This document shows, in pieces, positions 1 to 8,827 of a stretch of DNA of 64,000 nt. The stretch lies in assembly GCA_029882395.1 (NCBI GenBank), contig JAOUKT010000010.1, positions 1,032-65,031 of the forward strand, written 5' to 3'. Below the pieces are notes generated by a model. The model had not been told where the DNA came from and did not search any database. It saw only the letters and a list, made by a program, of their open reading frames with translations. Positions within the stretch are counted from its first letter, which is position 1, and every line of letters starts with the position of its first letter. Source of the DNA: Gammaproteobacteria bacterium (GTDB lineage Bacteria > Pseudomonadota > Gammaproteobacteria > SZUA-229). Made by a program: the position numbers and the translations under genes.

Positions 1-500
1 CCCACCGTCGGTTCATCAAGGATGATCACCGCAGGGTTATGAATAATTGCCTGAGCGATTCCAACGCGCTGCTGAAAACCTTTGGAAAGGCTGTTGATTA
101 ATTGCTGGCCAACGTCGCTGAGCCCGCAGCGCTGTTTGGCTGTGTCTAGTGCCGACAAGATTGAGTCTTTGTTTATATTGCGAAGTTGTGCACAGTAGTG
201 AAGGTATTCATTAACGGTTAGTTCTTTGTATAGCGGCGGTTGTTCAGGCAAGTAGCCGAGCTGCTGTTTTGCCAGTGTCGGTTGCTCAACCAGGTCAAAG
301 CCGTTAATCATAATCTGGCCGGCATCAGGCGCAAGCGTGCCGCTAATGATTTGCATGGTGGTGGATTTGCCGGCGCCATTGGGGCCCAGAAAACCCAGAA
401 TGTCACCGACATTGAGTTCTAAGTCGAGATTTTTAACGGCATGGCTGTTGCCGTAGTAGCGATCAATACCGGTTGCTTTAATTAATGTTGTTTTAGACAT
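1..500 (-). CDS. ABC transporter ATP-binding protein (GldA/CcmA-like), truncated by window edge
   Basis: Not in ORF track. Manual translation from ATG at 500: MSKTTLIKATGIDRYYGNSHAVKNLDLELNVGDILGFLGPNGAGKSTTMQIISG (Walker A), LSKGFQQRVGIAQA (signature), IILDEPTVG (Walker B). Confidence 0.92.
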   Translation of the reverse strand, partial: MSKTTLIKATGIDRYYGNSHAVKNLDLELNVGDILGFLGPNGAGKSTTMQIISGTLAPDAGQIMINGFDLVEQPTLAKQQLGYLPEQPPLYKELTVNEYLHYCAQLRNINKDSILSALDTAKQRCGLSDVGQQLINSLSKGFQQRVGIAQAIIHNPAVIILDEPTV

Positions 501-618
501 AGATGTGTATTATTCGTTGTTTGAAAATGATTTCAAGTTAATTTCTTTAAAACACCCGCCTGAGGTCTAAGCGGAGCTACAAGCGGTGTGCTGTATAAAT
601 TTTAAAGGTATTCCTTAT

Positions 619-2589
619 ATGTGGTTAGGTGTTGATACTGGCGGTACGTTCACAGACTTTGTATATTTTGATGGTAACAGCATACGCACTCATAAAGTTT
701 TATCAACACCGGATGCACCGGAAAAAGCCATACTCCAGGGAATAGAGGCATTAGGGATACGCCGTGGCCAACAATTTCAGTTGATTCATGGTTCAACGGT
801 AGCTACCAATGCGGTGTTAGAAGCGAAGGGTGTAAAAACGGTCTATATTGCCAACCAGGGTCTGAAAGACGTTATTCTGATCGGCCGGCAGGCAAGAGCA
901 GAGCTGTACCAGCTGCAGCCTGTCGCAAAACCTTTTTTTATTGCCGCTGAAGATTGTGTTGATGTGCCGTCTCGTGTATCTGCCCAGGGTAACACATTAC
1001 AGCAGATGACGGATCAGCAGCTGGATGAATTGCTTGAAAGCATTCATCAGTTAAAACCGCAGGCAGTGGCGATTAATTTATTGTTTTCGTTTCTGGATGA
1101 TGCAGAAGAAAAGCGCATCGAAAAGCGACTGTCGGCTCATTATTTTGTCAGTCGTTCCTCGGCTGTTCTGAATGAACGGCGCGAGTATGAGCGCGGCATG
1201 GCGACCTGCCTCAATGCCTACGTCGGGCCGTTGATGAAACGGTATTTAACCAGACTGGAACAGGCGCTGCCAGATGCAAATATTACAATCATGCAAAGCT
1301 GCGCGGGTACAATCTCGGTCAGTCAGGCCGCTGAGCATGCTGTCAATCTATTATTGTCAGGCCCGGCAGCTGGCTTAAAAGGCGCTGAGTTTGTTGCGGC
1401 TGAAAATAACAGCAGGGCGTTATTAAGTTTTGACATGGGCGGCACTTCAACAGATGTGGCATTGATAAAAGATCAGATCGAGCTGACCTCAGAAGGCAAG
1501 ATAGCCGGCTTTCCTGTCGCGGTGCCGATGGTTGATATGCATACAATTGGTGCCGGCGGTGGATCAATTGCGCGGGTTGATGGCGGCGGCATGTTATTGG
1601 TCGGCCCGGCATCAGCAGGCGCCAGCCCGGGCCCTGCCTGTTACGGCAACGGCGGCGAACAGGCGACGGTCACAGATGCTAACGTTGTGCTTGGCAGAAT
1701 TCCTCAGCAACAGGCTTTGGGCGGCTATTTATCGATTGATAAAAAAGCCGCGATCAAAGCCGTGTCATCGATTGCCAGAGCGCTGGACGTGAGTCTGGAA
1801 CAGGCGGCGACAGGCATTATCCGGGTCGCCAATGAGCATATGGTGCAAGCCTTAAGGGTAATGTCGATACAGCGCGGTGATGACCCTAAAGATTTCAACC
1901 TGGTTTCGTTTGGCGGCGCCGGTGGTTTGCATATCTGCGAACTGGCAGAGGCGCTGAATATGCATAAAGCCTTGATTCCGGTACATGGCGGTGTGTTGTC
2001 GGCGCTGGGAATGCTGGTTGCGGTGCCATCCCGTGAAATGTCTCATAGCATCAATAAAACCTTTGACGATTGCAGCGATGAAATCATCAATACGGCAGTG
2101 CAAAACCTGGTTGCTGAAGCCCATCAGCAGATCAGCTCGGAGCTCTCAGGCGAGCCGCCGTTAATCAGTGTCAGCGTCGATGTCTGTTATAGTGGTCAGA
2201 GTTTCAGTTTGTCTGTTAAATGGAGTGGTTTAAAAGCTGTGGCGCAGGCATTTCATCAGCAGCACCAGCAGCGATATGGCCATCGCATGAAAACAAAACT
2301 CGAGCTGGTCACTCTTCGGGTTAAACTCGAAGGCAAAGCAGTCGATTTTAAATTGCCGCCGTTAAAACGCTTTGAGTCTAATGCAAGCTCTGTCGTTAGC
2401 TTGCATGGTGAAAAAGAACAGGCCAACGTTTATCACAGAGAAAAGCTGGGTGCCGGGCAGTGTATAAAAGGCCCGGCTTTAGTGCTGGAGACGGTAGCCA
2501 GTAGTTATATTAAGGGCGGCTGGCAAGCCGAGACAGACCGGCTTGGCAACTTGCTGTTAACACGACCGGCTATCACAGTGGCTCAGTGA
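619..2589 (+). CDS. Hydantoinase/oxoprolinase family protein (HyuA/OplA-like subunit A)
   Basis: Motifs GVDTGGTFTD, HGSTVATNA, LSGPAAG, FDMGGTSTDV, IGAGGGSIA, SPGPACYG. ATG at 619 preferred over upstream GTG at 586. Confidence 0.92.
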   Translation: MWLGVDTGGTFTDFVYFDGNSIRTHKVLSTPDAPEKAILQGIEALGIRRGQQFQLIHGSTVATNAVLEAKGVKTVYIANQGLKDVILIGRQARAELYQLQPVAKPFFIAAEDCVDVPSRVSAQGNTLQQMTDQQLDELLESIHQLKPQAVAINLLFSFLDDAEEKRIEKRLSAHYFVSRSSAVLNERREYERGMATCLNAYVGPLMKRYLTRLEQALPDANITIMQSCAGTISVSQAAEHAVNLLLSGPAAGLKGAEFVAAENNSRALLSFDMGGTSTDVALIKDQIELTSEGKIAGFPVAVPMVDMHTIGAGGGSIARVDGGGMLLVGPASAGASPGPACYGNGGEQATVTDANVVLGRIPQQQALGGYLSIDKKAAIKAVSSIARALDVSLEQAATGIIRVANEHMVQALRVMSIQRGDDPKDFNLVSFGGAGGLHICELAEALNMHKALIPVHGGVLSALGMLVAVPSREMSHSINKTFDDCSDEIINTAVQNLVAEAHQQISSELSGEPPLISVSVDVCYSGQSFSLSVKWSGLKAVAQAFHQQHQQRYGHRMKTKLELVTLRVKLEGKAVDFKLPPLKRFESNASSVVSLHGEKEQANVYHREKLGAGQCIKGPALVLETVASSYIKGGWQAETDRLGNLLLTRPAITVAQ

Positions 2590-3215
2590 GGCGGCAGGTG
2601 TAACGCAGCAGAACGGGGTAGCTGTTGAAAACACTGGCGGTAGATATTGTCTTTGCCTATGCCCTGCTTAAAATTATCCGGTATTTCATAGTCATCGTGT
2701 TCAAACAGTTTTTTGTTGTCATGCAGCGACCGACAAACTTCATAAATCAGGTTGTCAGATGCATCATACTGGCGAAAACTGTGAACCGAGCGGCTGTAAT
2801 GGTGCAGGTTGATGAAGGTCTGGTAGGGCGCGTTGCGAAAATTGGGTAAATAACTGGCAGAATATTCGCGAATAAGTTTGTTTTCATTGTCATGAATATA
2901 AACTTCGATGCTGTGAATTTTATCAGGCTGCCGGCTTTCCCATTCAATTTTACTGAGCAAAGTATTGCTGGTTTTATCAACGAACTTAACTTCCTGAAAA
3001 AAGTCAGGCAGCTTGTGATAGCTGCCACTGCGGCGGAGTGTTTTTATCTGTCTCTGGTCTTTTTGTTTTAAATGCAGCTGATAAATGTTGTCAACAAACT
3101 GATTCCACTGGTTGACGGTGTTTTTATTTGTCTGAAGAGAATTGTTATTTGATGCAGATAAATTAAAACTGAACAGTATCTGAGAAATAAAAAAAAATAA
3201 ACTTAAAAACTTCAT
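2583..3215 (-). CDS. Hypothetical secreted protein, paralogue of 20363..21007
   Basis: 210-aa ORF with signal-peptide-like N-terminus and AGGA RBS; shares several motif blocks with 20363..21007. Confidence 0.85.
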   Translation of the reverse strand: MKFLSLFFFISQILFSFNLSASNNNSLQTNKNTVNQWNQFVDNIYQLHLKQKDQRQIKTLRRSGSYHKLPDFFQEVKFVDKTSNTLLSKIEWESRQPDKIHSIEVYIHDNENKLIREYSASYLPNFRNAPYQTFINLHHYSRSVHSFRQYDASDNLIYEVCRSLHDNKKLFEHDDYEIPDNFKQGIGKDNIYRQCFQQLPRSAALHLPPH

Positions 3216-3229
3216 TATCCTGCTCCTGG

Positions 3230-4027
3230 TTATTGAATGGCCATTGATTCTGACCAGTTGCCGTCAGGCAAAAAGTCAGCATGTTCTCTTAACGCTTCTG
3301 CCTGTTGTAACTGGCCAAGAGACTTGAGTATTTCACTTTTTAAAATAACCGTGTCTTTTGAATCGGCAGATAAAGCCAGCGCTTTGTTGACAAACTCGAG
3401 CGCTGCCTGGTTGTTGTCATAGATATAATAGGTGAGGGCAAGATTGTGATAGGCTTTTTGATAACTGGGTTCGTATTCAATGGTTTTTAGAAAATGACTG
3501 ATGGCCTGTTTTTGTTTGCCTTGTTGCGCCAGAATGACACCGAGGTCATCATGGGCTTCTGCATTCTTTGGGTTCAGTGAAATGGCGAATCTGAAATCCT
3601 TTTCTGCCCGCTGATTGTCACCCAGCCATAAGTAGCGTACGCCACGTTTGGTATAGGCGACAGAATCATCTGGCTTGTGTTTAATAAAAACAGACATATC
3701 ATCAATGCCTTGCTGCACTTTGCCGAGACGACCCAGTGCCATGCCACGACCAAAATAGGCCTGAAAGTTTGCCGGCTGCAGTTCAATAACCTGAGTGTAG
3801 TCAGCAACTGATGCCTGATGCTGGTTGCTTTGAAATAATAAGTGTGCTCTTTTCATCAGCAGCTCTGCGTTATGCGGCTGGCTCTTAAGCTGCTGGTCTA
3901 ATGAGGCAATGGCCTCTTCTGCAGACACGGTTTGAGCGATGAGCGGGCAGCAGAAAAAAAGAGTGAGAAAATAAAAAAATGCTCTGGCATTGATGCATGT
4001 CTTAACGGTCATTAGCAGTAACTCCAT
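3230..4027 (-). CDS. Exported tetratricopeptide-repeat (TPR) protein
   Basis: Repeated TPR units (AYFGRGMALGRLG, AYTKRGVRYLWLG, AHDDLGVILAQQG, AYHNLALTYY); hydrophobic N-terminus; true start may be ATG at 4012. Confidence 0.88.
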   Translation of the reverse strand: MELLLMTVKTCINARAFFYFLTLFFCCPLIAQTVSAEEAIASLDQQLKSQPHNAELLMKRAHLLFQSNQHQASVADYTQVIELQPANFQAYFGRGMALGRLGKVQQGIDDMSVFIKHKPDDSVAYTKRGVRYLWLGDNQRAEKDFRFAISLNPKNAEAHDDLGVILAQQGKQKQAISHFLKTIEYEPSYQKAYHNLALTYYIYDNNQAALEFVNKALALSADSKDTVILKSEILKSLGQLQQAEALREHADFLPDGNWSESMAIQ

Positions 4028-4171
4028 GTAGGCTTCATGGTGGCGGCTAGTGCGCTACGGGTAAACCCGGTTATCACCATGAAAATTAACGTTAACTGTC
4101 TATGTATGACGCTTTAAAGCTAAAAATATTCCAAAATATTTTAAATGAAACGGAAGGAACTAAAATCTGAG

Positions 4172-5374
4172 TCAGATTGTTTTCATGATCAGCGCTGTCC
4201 ATTTGACCGCTTCAAGGTGGCAGCGGGAGATTTCATCCTTGCTTAAATTCAGAAACTTCACGTTTTGCCAGTCGGATATTTCATAAGCCAGCGTACAGTC
4301 AAGAGCGTATCCCATGATGCCCTTTTTTTGAGTGATGGCAAGTCGCAAATCATCACTGATGGGCAGCGGCTTTAATAGGCTGATAAGTGATGCGCCCATC
4401 AGAATGTCGAGTGCTGAAAACAAACCGGTGGTAAAATAATTTTCAACCGGCTGTAGCCTGGATTCTTTTGCCAGCAGTTCGCACATCTTGGCTCTGATCA
4501 TTGCAATGTGAAGTTTTTCGGCGGGCTGGTCATTGAGCTGGCTTAAGGCGCTCATTGACGCCCAGCTCGAAAGCTTTTGCCGGCCCATTAATAATAAAGC
4601 CTGTTTGATAGAATCAATCGTCGTGTCAAAACTAAAAAAAGCAGAGTTCATTAGTTTTAAAATTTTATAACTGATGGTTGCGTCCGCGCTAATGGCTTCA
4701 TTGATTTTATCAATATCAGACTCGTGATTTTGTAATAAGGCCAGTATGTTCATAATCGCTATTTTGCTTTGCGGCAGTGAGGGACTTTTGATAATGCGTG
4801 GCCGGCTCAGAAAGTACCCCTGGAAGTAGTCAAAGTCGAGAGCCATGCAGAAGTCATAGTCGTCGAGCGTTTGCACCTTGTCGGCTAACAGTTTTTTATT
4901 AAAAGGCCTGAGAAGTGTGACGTGCTCTTCTACTTCTGCTTTTGTCAGTGCGGCGATATTGATTTTGATTATAGAGGCAATTTCGATCAAGGCCTTGTGA
5001 GCCGGGTTGTATATATAATCATCAAGCGCAAAAACAAAACCCTGCTGATGTAAGCGGCTAACCGCGTCTATCAGTTGCTCGGTGACCGGTGTGTTTTCAG
5101 GGATTTCAAGAATAATCTGTTTGCTGGGGATGAGCAGCCTGTCTTCTTGTAACAAAAAGGATTTTGTCAGGTTGATACAGGCATTGCTAGTACCAACGAT
5201 ATTTTCGAGCCCTATCTCTATAAACGTATTAATAATAGTTTGCGAGGTCGCATCATCAGCTGAAACGACAGTGTTTGAGTTAGCGGCGTCACTGGAATGA
5301 AACAGTAGTTCATAGGCGTAGACACCCAGCTGGCGATTATAGATAGGCTGTCGCCCGACAAAAACTTCAGACAC
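4172..5374 (-). CDS. EAL and HDOD domain protein (YuxH-like c-di-GMP signalling protein)
   Basis: FVGRQPIY, YELLF, FALDDY, YFQGYFLSRP (EAL-like) followed by ISYKILKLMNSA...RAKMCELLA...GLFSALD (HDOD). Confidence 0.9.
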   Translation of the reverse strand: MSEVFVGRQPIYNRQLGVYAYELLFHSSDAANSNTVVSADDATSQTIINTFIEIGLENIVGTSNACINLTKSFLLQEDRLLIPSKQIILEIPENTPVTEQLIDAVSRLHQQGFVFALDDYIYNPAHKALIEIASIIKINIAALTKAEVEEHVTLLRPFNKKLLADKVQTLDDYDFCMALDFDYFQGYFLSRPRIIKSPSLPQSKIAIMNILALLQNHESDIDKINEAISADATISYKILKLMNSAFFSFDTTIDSIKQALLLMGRQKLSSWASMSALSQLNDQPAEKLHIAMIRAKMCELLAKESRLQPVENYFTTGLFSALDILMGASLISLLKPLPISDDLRLAITQKKGIMGYALDCTLAYEISDWQNVKFLNLSKDEISRCHLEAVKWTALIMKTI

Positions 5375-5442
5375 TTAAATATGCCTCAAAAAAATTTATG
5401 AGAATGGAGTTTAGAGTATTTTAAGGCAATAGTCATAGGCAT

Positions 5443-5470
5443 AAAAAAACCTGCAAAGCAGGCTTTTTTA
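5443..5470 (-). terminator. Intrinsic terminator after rpmG, possibly bidirectional
   Basis: AAAAAAACCTGC-AAA-GCAGGCTTTTTT hairpin flanked by A and T tracts. Confidence 0.75.
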
Positions 5471-5496
5471 TTAAAAGAGTGACGGCTTAAGAAAGC

Positions 5497-5652
5497 TTAT
5501 TTGATTTTAGCTTCTTTATACATTACGTATTGACGAACGCGCGGGTCAAACTTTTTGATTTCCATCTTTTCAGGCATGGTTTTTTTGTTCTTGGTCGTTG
5601 TGTAGAAATGACCAGTACCGGCTGAAGAGACCAGTTTGATTTTATCTCTCAT
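5497..5652 (-). CDS. rpmG: 50S ribosomal protein L33
   Basis: Not in ORF track (51 aa). Manual translation [51 protein letters not shown]; directly downstream of rpmB. Confidence 0.97.
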   Translation of the reverse strand: MRDKIKLVSSAGTGHFYTTTKNKKTMPEKMEIKKFDPRVRQYVMYKEAKIK

Positions 5653-5661
5653 AATGGTTCC

Positions 5662-5898
5662 TTAAACTTTTTCACCGCGTTGGCGCAGGTCTTTTAAGAC
5701 TACGTCAATGCCTTTTTTATCGATAATGCGCATACCATTAGCTGATATTTTTAAACGCACAAAACGGTTCTCGCTCTCAACCCAAAAACGATGAGAGTGG
5801 ATATTAGGCAAGAAACGACGTCGTGTCCTGTTTTTTGCATGCGATACATTGTTACCTGACATCGGTTTTTTACCGGTCACTTGGCATACTTTAGCCAT
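5662..5898 (-). CDS. rpmB: 50S ribosomal protein L28
   Basis: [43 protein letters not shown], canonical L28. Confidence 0.98.
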   Translation of the reverse strand: MAKVCQVTGKKPMSGNNVSHAKNRTRRRFLPNIHSHRFWVESENRFVRLKISANGMRIIDKKGIDVVLKDLRQRGEKV

Positions 5899-6103
5899 TT
5901 GGATTCTCCAAAGGTCAGAATCTGGTTCACGAAAGAGGCGGAATAATACCGGAAACAGTGCCTTGCCGCAAGCCGATTACAGATAATAATGGGAGAAAAA
6001 CTTTCATTTAGACCAATATCTGGTCAATATCCGCCTGAATGGTTATAGTGCGGCACTGTATATCGGTTCAATTAAATTAAAACGGCACTTAAGAAAAGGC
6101 ACT

Positions 6104-6460
6104 ATGGATATCATATTTATACGCGGGTTAGAGATAGAAACAGTTATTGGTATCTATGACTGGGAGCGTGAAATCAAACAAACCATCAGTATTGATCTGG
6201 AAATGGGGACTGATATTGCAAAATCAGCCGGTTCTGATCAGATAGATGACACGCTCAATTATAAAGAAGTCGGTAAGCGCATTATCTCTTTTGTCGAGCA
6301 AAGCAGCTTTGAGCTGGTGGAAAAGCTGGCAGAAGAAGTCGCCCGTATCGTCAGAGATGAATTTGATGTGCCCTGGTTGCGCCTTACCCTGAACAAGCCC
6401 GGTGCGCTGAGAGGCTCAAAATCAGTTGGCGTGGTGATAGAAAGAGGCGATAAGTTCTAA
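6104..6460 (+). CDS. folB: Dihydroneopterin aldolase
   Basis: MDIIFIRGLEIETVIGIYDWER...LNYKEV...FELVEKLAE...KPGAL. Confidence 0.96.
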   Translation: MDIIFIRGLEIETVIGIYDWEREIKQTISIDLEMGTDIAKSAGSDQIDDTLNYKEVGKRIISFVEQSSFELVEKLAEEVARIVRDEFDVPWLRLTLNKPGALRGSKSVGVVIERGDKF

Positions 6461-6461
6461 C

Positions 6462-6953
6462 GTGAGCAAAGTCTATATCAGCGTCGGCAGTAACATTGAT
6501 AAAGAAACCAGTATCCGCAAAGGCATTAATGATATGCGCCAGGCCTTTGGCGAGCTGCAGTTGTCTTCGGTGTATCAAAGTCAGGCGGTCGGTTTTGAAG
6601 GCGATGATTTTTACAATCTGGTGGTCTCGTTTGAGTCCAGTGAGCCGGTATTAAGCATTTCTCGACAGTTGCATGCAATAGAAGATAAAAATGGCCGTGA
6701 TCGCAGTGGCCCCCGTTTTTCATCGAGAACACTGGACCTTGACCTGCTGCTTTATGATGATTTGATAACTGAAGAAAATGGCCTTGAAATCCCCAGAGGC
6801 GAAATTTTAGACAATGCCTTTGTGCTCTGGCCACTGGCTGAGATAGCCCCACAGCGGCGCCACCCGATAACCGCTAAAACGTATGCTGAACACTGGCAAG
6901 CCTTTGATAAAACGAAAGAAAAACTATATCCCGTCGAATTCGATTGGGCATAA
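6462..6953 (+). CDS. folK: 2-amino-4-hydroxy-6-hydroxymethyldihydropteridine diphosphokinase
   Basis: YISVGSNI, FYNLVV, SRTLDLDLLLY, FVLWPLAEIAP; GTG start 1 nt after folB stop. Confidence 0.95.
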   Translation: MSKVYISVGSNIDKETSIRKGINDMRQAFGELQLSSVYQSQAVGFEGDDFYNLVVSFESSEPVLSISRQLHAIEDKNGRDRSGPRFSSRTLDLDLLLYDDLITEENGLEIPRGEILDNAFVLWPLAEIAPQRRHPITAKTYAEHWQAFDKTKEKLYPVEFDWA

Positions 6954-6978
6954 AGGCGGCTGCGGCTTAACGCCACGC

Positions 6979-7917
6979 TTATTCAAACGCGGCCGCTTCG
7001 GCTTCCAGTACCGCCAGGCTGATATGGCGGCCAACATCATCGTGAAAACCAACCCAGTGATGGAAGGCTGTTAGCTTTTTAAGAATCTGAGGTTTCATCT
7101 CAAAGTCACTTAAACCCGCATTATAATGCTGGCTGGCCTGACTATAGACGGTTTCAATATACTGTTTAAATTGTTTGACGATACTGACATCGCTGGTTTT
7201 GCCGTGGCCGGGTACAAACTGTTTTGCCGGAATTTCAATCGCAATCGCACAGGCTTTTGCGTTGCCACGAAAGCTGGCATCGTCCATGCTCGGAAGCCGG
7301 CCGCTTAACACATTGTCACCCAGAAACAGCACAGACTCTTCTACCACATGAATCATGACATCTGTTTTGCTATGAGCCTTGGCAGGGGCGTAGATTTTGA
7401 AGCTAATGCCGCCTGTTTTCAGCTCATAAGCGTCTTCAACGGCGGTTTCGGGAATCACCGCTTTTGTGCCGTTAGTGGCACCTTTAGTCAGTCTTGCCAG
7501 TAACTCGATCCATTTTGCTGCGTCACCTTTTTTAGCACGGGCAATCATGTCAGGGTGAGCCATAATAACAGCGTCAGGGAAAGCCTCAGCAAAGGCCTGA
7601 TTGCCCAGCCAGTGGTCGCCGTGGATATGCGTGTTTAAGACGTGGGTGACAGGTTTGCTGGTTAATTGACGGATCTGGCGCAAGACCATGTTGCCGGTAT
7701 AGACGCTGGAGCCCGGGTCGATCACCACAACACCGTTATTAGTGATGACAAAACCGGGATTGTTCATGAAACCCTGGTTTTTTTCATCAGGAAACTGCAG
7801 CGGGCCATGAATAACGTAGCTGTTGGCAGAGATTTTTTCAGCCGGGTAATCAGGGATTTCAGCGGCCAGCACCACTGACTGAGAGAGCAATAATAACAAG
7901 ATAGAAATGAACTTCAT
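6979..7917 (-). CDS. Exported metallo-beta-lactamase-fold protein (SoxH-like)
   Basis: Signal peptide; NPGFVIT, VVIDPG, THIHGDHWLGN (HxHxDH), AHS, FLGD, VPGHG. Confidence 0.85.
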   Translation of the reverse strand: MKFISILLLLLSQSVVLAAEIPDYPAEKISANSYVIHGPLQFPDEKNQGFMNNPGFVITNNGVVVIDPGSSVYTGNMVLRQIRQLTSKPVTHVLNTHIHGDHWLGNQAFAEAFPDAVIMAHPDMIARAKKGDAAKWIELLARLTKGATNGTKAVIPETAVEDAYELKTGGISFKIYAPAKAHSKTDVMIHVVEESVLFLGDNVLSGRLPSMDDASFRGNAKACAIAIEIPAKQFVPGHGKTSDVSIVKQFKQYIETVYSQASQHYNAGLSDFEMKPQILKKLTAFHHWVGFHDDVGRHISLAVLEAEAAAFE

Positions 7918-8000
7918 GGCGTTAATCCAAAGTAAAATAGCAGCTTGATAGCGGCATACTTTATCAGATTAGTCCGCAGAGCAAAATATTTCTGAGCGAT

Positions 8001-8759
8001 TTAGATATTCAGGCTGCGGCCACCGTCAACTGGAATAATCTGGCCGGTAATATAATGCGCATCGCGTGTCAGAAACAATACAGCCGAGGCAATATCTTCT
8101 GGCATACCGCTGCGTTTTAAGCTGGTACGCATGATGATGTCCTGCTGCAGCTCAGTCTCAATCTCGTTTTCTGGCCACATAATGGCTCCCGGCGCGACGC
8201 CATTGACACGGATATCAGGGCCGAGCTCTTTGGCCAGTGATTTAGTCATCATCGCCAGCCCGGCTTTCGCCATACAATAAAGGCTATGGTTTTTCATTGG
8301 CCGCTCAGCATGAATATCGACGATGTTGATAATGCTGCCCTGGCTGGCTTTAAGCGCCGGTATAGCGGCCTGTGATAAAAACAACGGTGCTTTGAGGTTG
8401 CTGCCGATCAGGTCATCCCAGTGTTGCTCATTCATTTTACCGATAGGGGTGGGATAGAAACTCGATGCATTGTTGACCAGTAAATCGAGCCGTGCCCAGT
8501 GCTGCTGGTTTTGTTCAATTAAGAGCGGTAACTCGGCTGTATTGTGAAGATCAAGCCGTAGCGCGATACAGGAATTCTGTCGAAGCTGATTCAGCTCACT
8601 GGCCAGTGCTTGCGCCTCGTCTTTTGAGCCGCGGTAATGCAGAGTAATGTTCATGCCAGCGGCATGCAGGGTGCGGGCAATCACGGCTCCAATGCGGCGC
8701 GAGGCACCGGTTATCAATGCGGTTTTGTTCTGAAGATCGCTTGCGTTAGAATTGGGCAC
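8001..8759 (-). CDS. Pteridine reductase (FolM/PTR1-like short-chain dehydrogenase)
   Basis: TGASRRIG, LVNNASSFYPT, YCMAKAGL (YxxxK), RVNGVAPG; next to folB/folK. Confidence 0.9.
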   Translation of the reverse strand: MPNSNASDLQNKTALITGASRRIGAVIARTLHAAGMNITLHYRGSKDEAQALASELNQLRQNSCIALRLDLHNTAELPLLIEQNQQHWARLDLLVNNASSFYPTPIGKMNEQHWDDLIGSNLKAPLFLSQAAIPALKASQGSIINIVDIHAERPMKNHSLYCMAKAGLAMMTKSLAKELGPDIRVNGVAPGAIMWPENEIETELQQDIIMRTSLKRSGMPEDIASAVLFLTRDAHYITGQIIPVDGGRSLNI

Positions 8760-8827
8760 ATTTTACTCCGGCTGAAAAGCTAGGTTACAGACTAGAAACA
8801 GGACAGCATATTAACACACAAGCCGAT

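Noticed and set aside
5497-5898. L33/L28 lacking zinc-ribbon motifs as zinc-starvation paralogues
   Set aside because: These forms are the normal rpmB-rpmG in Gammaproteobacteria.
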